The position numbers and the translations under genes were made by a program. Source: Patescibacteria group bacterium (GTDB lineage Bacteria; Patescibacteriota; SICC01). From it: a DNA stretch of 24,000 bases. Location: positions 2,588 through 26,587 of the forward strand of contig SICC01000001.1 of the NCBI GenBank assembly GCA_009694835.1. The letters are read 5' to 3'. Below, piece by piece: positions 9,130 through 16,193 of this stretch; the first letter of the stretch is position 1, and the number at the start of each line of letters is the position of its first letter. Under the pieces are notes generated by a model. That model was not told where the DNA came from. It ran no database searches and saw nothing but the letters and a program-made list of their open reading frames with translations.

Positions 9130-9202
9130 TCCTCTTCGTGTGCAGCTAGCACACGCTTTTTATTTGTTTAGCTACTAATTTTTGAAGAGGTAGAATCCCG
9201 AT

Positions 9203-9700
9203 ATGAACATTGCTCCCGACACGAAGCACAAAGCGGCCCGAATCGGCCGCATCGGTGCCGTCGTCGCCATGGCTACCCTGACCCTGGGTACCATCGACGC
9301 GGAACCAGTGGCCGGTCACGGACAGTACATTGCTCGAGCCGAAAGCTTGAACCCGGAACCGATTGCTGCCAGTGCCCCGGCGCCGATTGTGAAACAGGAA
9401 ATCGTTGACGAGACGGTCACTGAATCAACTACTGCCACACAGGTTACCACCGCGACTAAGAAGCGCTCAGGCGGCGGTGGATGCGGTCTCGACTACATCA
9501 AGGCTCACGAGTCCGGTGGTCGCTACAACGCCGTCAGCGGCAGCGGTAAGTACCGTGGTGCCTACCAGTTCGACCAACGCACCTGGAACTCGGTCGGTGG
9601 ATCCGGCGACCCAGCCGCCGCCAGCCCAGGAGAACAGGACTCACGAGCCGCGGCCCTCATGTCATCGCGTGGATCGTCCCCATGGTCCGTCTGTCACTGA
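9203..9700 (+). CDS. Secreted resuscitation-promoting-factor-like transglycosylase domain protein
   Basis: 165 aa with an N-terminal signal/anchor (IGAVVAMATLTLG). The C-terminal domain CGLDYIKAHESGGRYNAVSGSGKYRGAYQFDQRTWNSVGGSGDPAAASPGEQDSRAAALMSSRGSSPWSVC is collinear with Rpf/transglycosylase-like domains (ESGG catalytic Glu, QF..TW, AS..EQ, PW..C). Confidence 0.85.
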   Translation: MNIAPDTKHKAARIGRIGAVVAMATLTLGTIDAEPVAGHGQYIARAESLNPEPIAASAPAPIVKQEIVDETVTESTTATQVTTATKKRSGGGGCGLDYIKAHESGGRYNAVSGSGKYRGAYQFDQRTWNSVGGSGDPAAASPGEQDSRAAALMSSRGSSPWSVCH

Positions 9701-9722
9701 TCTGAATTAACACTGAATTTGC

Positions 9723-9756
9723 ATAGAGCCCGCCAGAAGGCGGGCTCTATTTTTAC
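9723..9756 (+). terminator. Rho-independent terminator
   Basis: Perfect 12-bp stem ATAGAGCCCGCC / GGCGGGCTCTAT with loop AGAA, followed by TTTT. Confidence 0.85.
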
Positions 9757-9869
9757 TACTAAGAATGACTGACTCTGTATAATCGACAGGTCGCTCGGCC
9801 CCATACTATGTATGGGCCCGCTTCGCTCGGAAATGAGAGAATGCAAGCATTCTCCGCTTCCTCGCTCAT

Positions 9870-9941
9870 GGCCCCATCGTCTAGCGGCTAGGACACCAGG
9901 TTCTCATCCTGGAAACGGGAGTTCAATTCTCCCTGGGGTCA
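9870..9941 (+). tRNA. tRNA-Glu (anticodon CUC)
   Basis: Hand-folded cloverleaf. Acceptor GGCCCCA/TGGGGTC, D arm GTCT-AGCGGCTA-GGAC, anticodon arm CCAGG-TTCTCAT-CCTGG (U33, CTC, A37), T arm GGGAG-TTCAATT-CTCCC, discriminator A. CCA is not encoded. Confidence 0.9.
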
Positions 9942-9943
9942 CA

Positions 9944-11278
9944 TCAAGGTCGACGTTTGGATGCGATAGGCAGCCGGGACACGGCGAACGCTACGATGAC
10001 CGCGAGCAGCCAGAGACCGTGGGGGAGCGTCAGGAAGAAATGGTCGGTCAGGCCCATAGCCAGGGCCGTGATGAGCATCCAGAAGGCTAACCATTTGAGC
10101 TGGAAACTTTCGCCAGATGCCTTTAGCCGTACCAGTCGCCAGATTAAATCGCCCAGAAACCAGACCAACAGTCCAGCCGCAATCACTCCCAATTCGGCGG
10201 TTACGAGCAGTAGCAGGTTATGTACTGGTTGGCGCTGATATGGCGTCAGGTCGGGCCGGAGTTCGTCAATGACCGGGCTGTAGTTTCCGGCTCCCACACC
10301 CCACGGTTGCTGGCCAATGATTTGACTGGCCGCCTCGTACTGGACGGTGCGGTGGCCAACCCCCACCTGGACCGCATTCTCCGGATTGGCCCGGTTTTCG
10401 ATCGGTTTGAGTATCAGTATCGAGACAATGACCACCGCAACCAGAGGAATGACCAGACCCCACGGTTGTTTTTTTGAGGTGCGCCACAGGGTGATGATGA
10501 GAGCTCCGGCTGCGATAGCCACGGTTACCCAGGCGGTGCGGGAAAAGGTCAGCAAGAGCGCGACGCCGATGAGGGCTGAGAGCGCACCCAATCCCCACTG
10601 TCGGATTGGCGACTGAACGGTTCGCCAGAGGGCCCAGATCAGTATCAGTAACGCTGGGGCTAGCAGGGCAGACAACACGTTGGGATGCGGCAAGGACCCG
10701 TAGGCGCGCAGCACGCCGTCAGCGCCGCCAGGAACCAGGGCGATTTGTTCGAAGGGTGGCCGCAGGATATTCTCACCGATGGCCTGAAGACCGAGGTCAC
10801 GTTGGACGAGATATTGGGCGATGGCCCAGACTGATTCAAACGCCGCCACCCCGACCAGAACGGCCATGATTCGTTTGAGGAAAACTGGCTTGGTTAGTTC
10901 GGTTGCCAGCATGACGCAGAGCAGCAGGGCAATCAGATAGTGGCTAGTGATGACCACCGCCAGGTTTGGCACCAGCGCCCAGGTGACTGACAACAGGCTG
11001 ATACCCAGAGCGGCGAAGACCGGCCAAAAGACCTTGAGATTACGCCAGGAAGGGCTCCTGAACGCCACCCAGAGCACGAACACCATGGCGATCAGCGCTT
11101 CCAGCGGATAGAACTTCGGCACGGTGTAAATAGTGGAATACCCCTCGATATAGCCATTTTTTACGCCCACATAGGCCAGTGGTAACAGAGCGACGATGGC
11201 TAGCAAACCAGCCTGTACCAGAGTCCGTAATCGACCGTAGATACGCTGTGGGGGTTTGTTTGTGGTTTTTTGTGGCAT
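9944..11278 (-). CDS. O-antigen ligase/polymerase family (Wzy_C domain) polytopic membrane protein
   Basis: About 10-12 TM helices. The characteristic LLLTFSRTAWVTVAIAAG segment is followed by a large loop with HNLLLLVTAELG. The ATG at 11278 (MPQKTTNK) is preferred; the track ORF extends to a TTG at 11299, but that extension overlaps the divergent promoter. The stop lies 3 nt from the tRNA-Glu 3' end. Confidence 0.85.
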   Translation of the reverse strand: MPQKTTNKPPQRIYGRLRTLVQAGLLAIVALLPLAYVGVKNGYIEGYSTIYTVPKFYPLEALIAMVFVLWVAFRSPSWRNLKVFWPVFAALGISLLSVTWALVPNLAVVITSHYLIALLLCVMLATELTKPVFLKRIMAVLVGVAAFESVWAIAQYLVQRDLGLQAIGENILRPPFEQIALVPGGADGVLRAYGSLPHPNVLSALLAPALLILIWALWRTVQSPIRQWGLGALSALIGVALLLTFSRTAWVTVAIAAGALIITLWRTSKKQPWGLVIPLVAVVIVSILILKPIENRANPENAVQVGVGHRTVQYEAASQIIGQQPWGVGAGNYSPVIDELRPDLTPYQRQPVHNLLLLVTAELGVIAAGLLVWFLGDLIWRLVRLKASGESFQLKWLAFWMLITALAMGLTDHFFLTLPHGLWLLAVIVAFAVSRLPIASKRRP

Positions 11279-11288
11279 CCGGAACTGC

Positions 11289-11317
11289 TTGACAACCAAG
11301 CTACATTTTGGTAGGAT
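11289..11317 (+). promoter_or_regulatory. Sigma-70-like promoter (TTGACA-N17-TAGGAT) for the repeat-protein gene
   Basis: TTGACA at 11289-11294 and TAGGAT at 11312-11317, with the ATG at 11347. Confidence 0.45.
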
Positions 11318-11346
11318 GATTCAATTCTAAACCAAACAAACACCTC

Positions 11347-11931
11347 ATGGAAAAAGAAAGCTTCTCGTCCGGCCTGAAAGGCCTAGCCAGCAATAAGAAA
11401 CTGCTCGTCGCAGTCGTTGTCGCCATCGGCACCATTGTCGCGCTGGCAACTTTTGCGTCCGACGGCTCCGGCTATGGTCGAGTCAAGGTCATTACCAAGG
11501 TTAATGGTGCTCAAAAGACGATTGCCCATTCAATTGCGAAGATTGACTGTACACTTCCGAAAGGGGCTCGGCCAACTTACCAGCCCAGCTACCAGCCTTC
11601 GTACCAACCGACGTCCAGTCCAGGACCGACGTACAGCCCAGAACCGACGTACAGCCCAGGATCGACGTACAGCCCTCGGCCGAGTTATCAACCTAGCTAC
11701 CAACCGACGTATCAGCCGGGTAAGTCTGGCAACAACAAGTTTTATCAGAGCCTCGCAGTCGGTGCCGACGGTATCGCGGTGAGCAACCCGATTCCGTCCG
11801 GATCGAAGTGCCAGGTGACGATGCACCCGGTCAGTGGCTACGCTGTGACCAATAGCCGGGTCCAGACCAAGCCCATTGCTCGGAAGAAGACCACGGAATA
11901 CACCTTCAAGCTGAAGAAACAGTCAAAGTAA
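11347..11931 (+). CDS. Hypothetical membrane-anchored/secreted protein with Tyr-Pro-Ser/Thr/Gln short tandem repeats
   Basis: 194 aa with an N-terminal TM (LLVAVVVAIGTIVALATF). The central part reads TYQPSYQPSYQPTSSPGPTYSPEPTYSPGSTYSPRPSYQPSYQPTYQP. The C-terminal ~70 aa are non-repetitive. Confidence 0.75.
   Translation: MEKESFSSGLKGLASNKKLLVAVVVAIGTIVALATFASDGSGYGRVKVITKVNGAQKTIAHSIAKIDCTLPKGARPTYQPSYQPSYQPTSSPGPTYSPEPTYSPGSTYSPRPSYQPSYQPTYQPGKSGNNKFYQSLAVGADGIAVSNPIPSGSKCQVTMHPVSGYAVTNSRVQTKPIARKKTTEYTFKLKKQSK
11576..11719 (+). repeat. In-frame coding tandem repeats (12-nt P-S/T-Y-Q units flanking three 18-nt PTYSPx units)
   Basis: ccgacgtacagcccagaa / ccgacgtacagcccagga / tcgacgtacagccctcgg are read directly, with degenerate taccagcc(c/t)(a/t)(g/c) units on both sides. 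Confidence 0.8.
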
Positions 11932-11943
11932 GCCGCTAATCTC

Positions 11944-12366
11944 TCAAACTTTGTTGGTGGTCGCTCCGGCGGCCGCTTTTTCTGTAGCTGGCTTTTTTGG
12001 AGCCGGTGGTTGCTCCAGGCCTTTCTTGGCGTCTTCGCAGAGTTTGGCGAACGCTTCCGGTTGTGAGTAGGCCATCTCGGCCAAAATCTTACGGTCGAGC
12101 TCGACGCCTTTGTTTTTTAGGCCGTACATGAACTGCGAGTAGGAGAGTCCGTGCTGGCGAGCGCCGGCGTTAATGCGTTGGATCCAAAGGCGACGGAAGT
12201 CACGCTTACGGGTGCGACGGTCACGGTAGGCGTACGTCCAGGCCTTGAGAAGGGCCTCACGCGCCTTCTTCACCGAATGGCGTCGCAGACCGCTGTAGCC
12301 CTTGGTTTGCTTAAACAGACGCTTGTGACGCTTATGGGCGGTGACGCCTCGTTTCACTCGAGTCAT
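11944..12366 (-). CDS. rplT: 50S ribosomal protein L20, with a ~20-aa Pro/Lys/Ala-rich C-terminal extension
   Basis: MTRVKRGVTAHKRHKRLFKQTKGY...AYRDRRTRKRDFRRLWIQRINAGARQHGLSYSQFMYGLK is canonical L20. Its ATG overlaps the rpmI stop (ATGA). Confidence 0.95.
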   Translation of the reverse strand: MTRVKRGVTAHKRHKRLFKQTKGYSGLRRHSVKKAREALLKAWTYAYRDRRTRKRDFRRLWIQRINAGARQHGLSYSQFMYGLKNKGVELDRKILAEMAYSQPEAFAKLCEDAKKGLEQPPAPKKPATEKAAAGATTNKV

Positions 12367-12560
12367 GCTTTTCCTAACAGCTTACGAGCGCGGTGATTGT
12401 CAGCCTCGGAGACCCCGGTCACCCCGCGCTTATCGCGCTTATTGGTCGCACTCTTGTGCTCCAACATATGACTGGTAAACGCTCGGCGGCGCTTAAGTTT
12501 GCCGCTGGCGGTCAACCTGATGCGGGCCGCGGCTCCTTTATGGGTCTTAACTTTTGGCAT
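12363..12560 (-). CDS. rpmI: 50S ribosomal protein L35
   Basis: MPKVKTHKGAAARIRLTASGKLKRRRAFTSHMLEHKS is canonical L35. The ATG at 12560 is preferred over the track start at 12566 (MGMPKVK). Confidence 0.95.
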   Translation of the reverse strand: MPKVKTHKGAAARIRLTASGKLKRRRAFTSHMLEHKSATNKRDKRGVTGVSEADNHRARKLLGKA

Positions 12561-12601
12561 ACCCAAATAGTCTACAGTCTACGGACCATAGTCGAAAGTC
12601 T

Positions 12602-13177
12602 TTATTGTTCAGTCGTTTTTGGAGATTCGGCTGGTTTTTCATCCGACTTTTCTGACTTTTCGGATTTTGCGGCCTTATTGTCCGGCGTAACCATCACCGA
12701 AACACTGCGGCCTTGGCGGATCGGCTCGCCCTCCATCTTGGAGTTGGCGAGGGTTCCGGCCAGTTCTTTCACCCGAGTGATGGCGGCGCGGGGATTTCCA
12801 TTCTCGCGACCCTTCATCATCAAGTTCAGTTTCACTTTCTGATTCTCCTCGAGGAATCCCTTGGCGCGTTCCATCCGGTAGCCCAAATCGTGCGGGCTAA
12901 TCTTCATCGTCAGGCGGACTTCTTTGACCGTTCCGGCTTTAGACTTCTTCTGCTTCTGCTGCTGTTTATCCTGCTCGTACTGATACTTTCCGAAATCCAT
13001 AATCCTCGCCACTGGCGGCTTGGCGTTCGGGGCCATTTCCACCAAATCGAGTTCGGCGTCCTTAGCTTTGGTAATCGCGTCTTCACGCGACATCACCCCG
13101 AGTTGTTCATTCTCGGGTCCAATTACGCGAAGTTCAGAGGCTCGGATGTCCGGGCCGAGGCGGTATGTTCGGGCTAT
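12602..13177 (-). CDS. infC: Translation initiation factor IF-3, probable non-canonical ATA start
   Basis: The track ORF starts at 13096 (GTG ATG), inside the conserved N-domain. The in-frame upstream translation reads IARTYRLGPDIRASELRVIGPENEQLGVMS, which aligns with the E. coli [20 protein letters not shown] segment. No ATG/GTG/TTG exists in that extension. An ATA at 13177 sits 7 nt downstream of TAGGAG. Confidence 0.85.
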   Translation of the reverse strand: MARTYRLGPDIRASELRVIGPENEQLGVMSREDAITKAKDAELDLVEMAPNAKPPVARIMDFGKYQYEQDKQQQKQKKSKAGTVKEVRLTMKISPHDLGYRMERAKGFLEENQKVKLNLMMKGRENGNPRAAITRVKELAGTLANSKMEGEPIRQGRSVSVMVTPDNKAAKSEKSEKSDEKPAESPKTTEQ

Positions 13178-13280
13178 GGTCGCACTCCTAGTAGTTTCAG
13201 AGGCGTATGGGCGACGTCGGTCATGAGCTTAGCGTAACGCAGCCGGTTTCCATGCGTCCAGTCGAGCCTGGTTGCTGAGG

Positions 13281-13679
13281 CTACTGCCAGAATGAGAATA
13301 ACCAGCTTCCGAGGTGTCCGACCACGTTTGAGTGATCATTCCAGATAGTTAGCCCGACGATCACTAAAATCAGCACCACGATGGTAACTCCGAGCTTTCG
13401 GAGGTCGCGGCGGACGGCCGGGTACTCAACGTCCTCGATTTCCTTGTCCACGCCGTGGTCGCCGCGGGTAGCGGTCGGGGTGAAGGTTGCGGTGACGGGA
13501 GCGGCCGCTGGTGCGGGTTCAGGAGTGGCGGCAGGTTCAGTCGATTCAGGCGCGGCGTCAGACGTCGGCTCCGCCTCAACCGGAATCGGCGTCGAGGCGC
13601 GCTGTTCTGGCCCGGAATGGCCAAGTCCTTTCCGCTCGCGGCGGCTCAGCTTTCGTCGTTTCTTATGTTTCTTAGCCAT
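13281..13679 (-). CDS. Hypothetical membrane protein (basic N-terminus, Pro/Ala/Glu/Thr-rich linker, C-terminal TM)
   Basis: 132 aa: MAKKHKKRRKLSRRERKG..., then a PEAT-rich stretch, then LGVTIVVLILVIVGLTIW. No family recognised. Same strand as infC and ~100 nt upstream of it. Confidence 0.6.
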   Translation of the reverse strand: MAKKHKKRRKLSRRERKGLGHSGPEQRASTPIPVEAEPTSDAAPESTEPAATPEPAPAAAPVTATFTPTATRGDHGVDKEIEDVEYPAVRRDLRKLGVTIVVLILVIVGLTIWNDHSNVVGHLGSWLFSFWQ

Positions 13680-13756
13680 TTCAGTTAACAGACTTCAGTC
13701 ATCAGTCTACAGACTTAGTTTAACCCATACACTTTTTAACCGATGACCGACGTCTG

Positions 13757-13786
13757 TTGACCGTTGACAGTAAAGCAAGCTACCAT
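13757..13786 (+). promoter_or_regulatory. Candidate promoter TTGACC-N18-TACCAT placing +1 on the comM ATG (leaderless)
   Basis: TTGACC at 13757-13762 and TACCAT at 13781-13786. The ATG at 13793 is 6 nt after the -10 hexamer, and there is no SD. Confidence 0.35.
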
Positions 13787-13792
13787 AATGAT

Positions 13793-15310
13793 ATGGCGGC
13801 AGCGATTACCACGGCGACGTTGATTGGGTTGGAAGTGATTCGGACTGAGGTTGAAGTTGAGGTTGCCAACGGCTTGCCAGGCCTGCACATTGTCGGACTA
13901 CCAGATAAGTCGGTCGATGAAAGCCGAGAACGGGTTCGGGCCGCCATTCGGGCGGCCGGTGGGGAACTGCCGGCCCAACGGATCACCGTGAACCTGTCGC
14001 CAGCCGATGTCCGCAAGGAGGGTTCCGGGTTCGATCTGCCGATTGCTATTGGGATTCTGGCGGCCAGCGGACAAATCGAGCAACCGGATAAAGATGAGTG
14101 GTTCCTGGGTGAATTAGCCTTGGATGGCCGGTTGAAACCGATTCGCGGGATGCTGACGGTGGCCGCCGCGGCCAGGCAAGGCAGTCGGCCTCGGCTGTTT
14201 TTGCCGGCGTTGAATGCGCCAGAAGCCGCCTTGGTCGGCGGCGTGTCGGTCTACGGGCCAGAAGGACTTACGGAACTGGTTAATCACTTGAACGGCGAGC
14301 GGTTACTTTCGCCAGCTAAGCAAACCAAACTCGGCGTGACGGAACAGACAATCGAGTATGACCTGGCTGATATCCGAGGCCAGCAGCATGGTAAACGAGC
14401 ACTGGAGATTGCGGCGGCCGGTGGACATAACTTGTTGCTGACCGGTCCGCCGGGAACAGGCAAGACCTTACTGGCCAAAGCCATGCCGGGAATTCTGCCG
14501 CCGCTTTCCTGGGAAGAAGCCTTGGAAGTCAGCGCCATCTACAGCGTGGCTGGATTGCTGACGGCCGGACAACCGGCCGTAACGGCGCGCCCGTTTCGCA
14601 GCCCGCACCATTCTGTCTCGCTGGCGGGATTGATTGGCGGCGGGAGTTGGCCGCGGCCGGGAGAATTATCATTGGCCCATCGCGGTGTGTTGTTCTTGGA
14701 TGAACTTCCGCAATTTCCATCGCACGTACTGGAAGCATTACGGGCACCGCTCGAAGATCGGACGGTCCGCATCAGTCGGGCTCAGCACACTCTGACGTTT
14801 CCAGCCGATTGCGCGTTAGTCGGCAGTGCCAATCCGTGTCCCTGTGGATTCGCGGATGACCCGGTCAAAGCCTGCACCTGTTCGCCGTATACGGTCGAGC
14901 GGTATCGCCAACGGTTGTCCGGACCGATTCGTGATCGATTCGACGTGGTGGCGTCCGTCCCGCGGGTCGACTTCCAGACCATTCGCGACCAACATGCGGA
15001 GTCATCCGAGGTAGTTCGTGAACGAATCGTGGCAGCCCGGATTCGCCAGACCGAGCGATTAGGCCAAGGCCGTACCAACACCACGCTCAACACTCGGGAA
15101 CTCGAAGTCTTTGCCGCCGTTGAACCAGACGTCGAACGATTGCTCGGTGAGGCAGTCGATCGCTGGCAGCTTTCAGTGCGCGGGTATCATCGCGTACTGA
15201 AAGTGGCTCGGACCATTGCCGATCTGGAAAGTGCCACCAATCTCAATGAAAACCACGTCGCCGAAGCCTTGCAGTACCGCGAACCGGCTCCGTCTGCGGT
15301 TACGGTGTAG
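13793..15310 (+). CDS. comM: YifB/ComM family Mg-chelatase-like AAA+ ATPase
   Basis: Lon-protease-like N-domain (GLPGLHIVGLPDKSVDESRERVRAAI), Walker A LLLTGPPGTGKTLLAK, Walker B GVLFLDELPQF, a Cys cluster (CPCGF...C.C) and a C-terminal SVRGYHRVLKVARTIADL. The ATG at 13793 is preferred over the track's TTG at 13757. Confidence 0.9.
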   Translation: MAAAITTATLIGLEVIRTEVEVEVANGLPGLHIVGLPDKSVDESRERVRAAIRAAGGELPAQRITVNLSPADVRKEGSGFDLPIAIGILAASGQIEQPDKDEWFLGELALDGRLKPIRGMLTVAAAARQGSRPRLFLPALNAPEAALVGGVSVYGPEGLTELVNHLNGERLLSPAKQTKLGVTEQTIEYDLADIRGQQHGKRALEIAAAGGHNLLLTGPPGTGKTLLAKAMPGILPPLSWEEALEVSAIYSVAGLLTAGQPAVTARPFRSPHHSVSLAGLIGGGSWPRPGELSLAHRGVLFLDELPQFPSHVLEALRAPLEDRTVRISRAQHTLTFPADCALVGSANPCPCGFADDPVKACTCSPYTVERYRQRLSGPIRDRFDVVASVPRVDFQTIRDQHAESSEVVRERIVAARIRQTERLGQGRTNTTLNTRELEVFAAVEPDVERLLGEAVDRWQLSVRGYHRVLKVARTIADLESATNLNENHVAEALQYREPAPSAVTV

Positions 15311-16193
15311 TCTTCTTGGCCGCGTGGTTCTTGGTCGGCTTTTTGTCCGGCTTGGTACGCGCTACCTTTGGTTCGGAAATTCTGGCTTGGTACGCCTCCC
15401 AACAGATTTCCCGGTACTTTTGGGCTTGATCGAGCGGAGAGGCGTGATTGTAGATGTCGCTGCCGACAATCAGTACGTCGGCCCCGGCCTCAACCAAGGT
15501 TTCCGGTGAGGTATATTGCTGGCCGAGCTTGTCGTTTCCGCCGCCAATCTTGATTCCCGGGGACATTATTATGAATCCCGGCGGAGCCAGGCTGGCAAGC
15601 AGCGGAACTTTAGATGCGCCCGCCCCGATGAATCCCATCACGAAATCTTCGTTTTCCACAGCCACCTTCACGACCCTCTCGGTGTAGTCGTCGTCAATCA
15701 GATTATCTTTTGAGCTCATCTGAGCTAGTAGGAGGACGGCGCGCTTATCGAGCATGTCGTAGTTTTCGACCTCTTCCCGAAGCCCCTGAACGATTCCCGG
15801 TCCGGAAATAGCATGGGCGTTGACGATATCGGCCCATTCAACGATGTGAAAAATACCTTTGGTGTATTGGTTCCTGACCGTTTTACCGATATCGGAGAAC
15901 TTCCGATCTTCGAAAATCAGGAAGTTGTGTTCGCGAGCCAGGGTGGCCAGCTCAACGGTCATCTTGCCTGTGAAATGCTCAAGTGTGTCGACGTGCGTTT
16001 TCAACACGGCAATCTCCGGGCCAAGCGCGGCCGCCAATGACATAAAGCGTTCTGGGTCGGTCTCGTCGAGTGCTACACAGAGGTTTGTTTCTTTCTCACT
16101 CATCAATCCGAATAGGTGACGAGCTAAAGCGCACGATGCCAGCTCGGCTCGTTCAGAGAACGTCAGCTGAAGGCGGTCTTTTGAAACTGGCAT
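15300..16193 (-). CDS. pyrF: Orotidine-5'-phosphate decarboxylase, URA3/UMPS-like type, with a Lys/Pro-rich C-terminal tail
   Basis: NLCVALD, LKTHVD, FEDRKFSDIGKTV, EWADIVNAHAISGPGIV and LGQQY are collinear with yeast URA3 motifs as I recall them (NLCASLD, LKTHVD, FEDRKFADIGNTV, EWADITNAHGVVGPGIV, LGQQY). The start overlaps the pyrE stop (ATGA). Confidence 0.9.
   Translation of the reverse strand: MPVSKDRLQLTFSERAELASCALARHLFGLMSEKETNLCVALDETDPERFMSLAAALGPEIAVLKTHVDTLEHFTGKMTVELATLAREHNFLIFEDRKFSDIGKTVRNQYTKGIFHIVEWADIVNAHAISGPGIVQGLREEVENYDMLDKRAVLLLAQMSSKDNLIDDDYTERVVKVAVENEDFVMGFIGAGASKVPLLASLAPPGFIIMSPGIKIGGGNDKLGQQYTSPETLVEAGADVLIVGSDIYNHASPLDQAQKYREICWEAYQARISEPKVARTKPDKKPTKNHAAKKTTP

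Noticed and set aside
8941-9202. ydaO/cyclic-di-AMP-type riboswitch upstream of the Rpf-like gene, as seen for actinobacterial rpf genes.
   Set aside because: I could not find the long pseudo-symmetric aptamer. The distance between the best promoter and the ATG is only about 67 nt. Only a simple hairpin plus T tract is present.
9791-9877. Integrated mobile element using tRNA-Glu as an att site, because part of the tRNA is duplicated upstream.
   Set aside because: The duplicated part is the 5' end rather than the 3' end. The copies are only about 70 nt apart, with no cargo and no integrase anywhere in the window.
9812-10090. Plus-strand 92-aa ORF.
   Set aside because: It runs across the tRNA-Glu gene and then antisense into the Wzy_C gene. 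Its Arg/Pro/Gly-rich composition is typical of off-frame translation.
11417-11826. Alternative-frame ORFs 11417-11782(+) and 11530-11826(-), with RRTAQ/AVRRS repeats.
   Set aside because: They are frame-shifted readings of the same DNA tandem repeat. Only the 11347 frame has a start context, an N-terminal TM and a non-repetitive C-terminal domain.
15300-15310. The 11-nt convergent overlap of the comM and pyrF 3' ends as a regulatory feature.
   Set aside because: Both C-termini are low-complexity tails and no hairpin is present. Compact-genome overlap is the simpler explanation.
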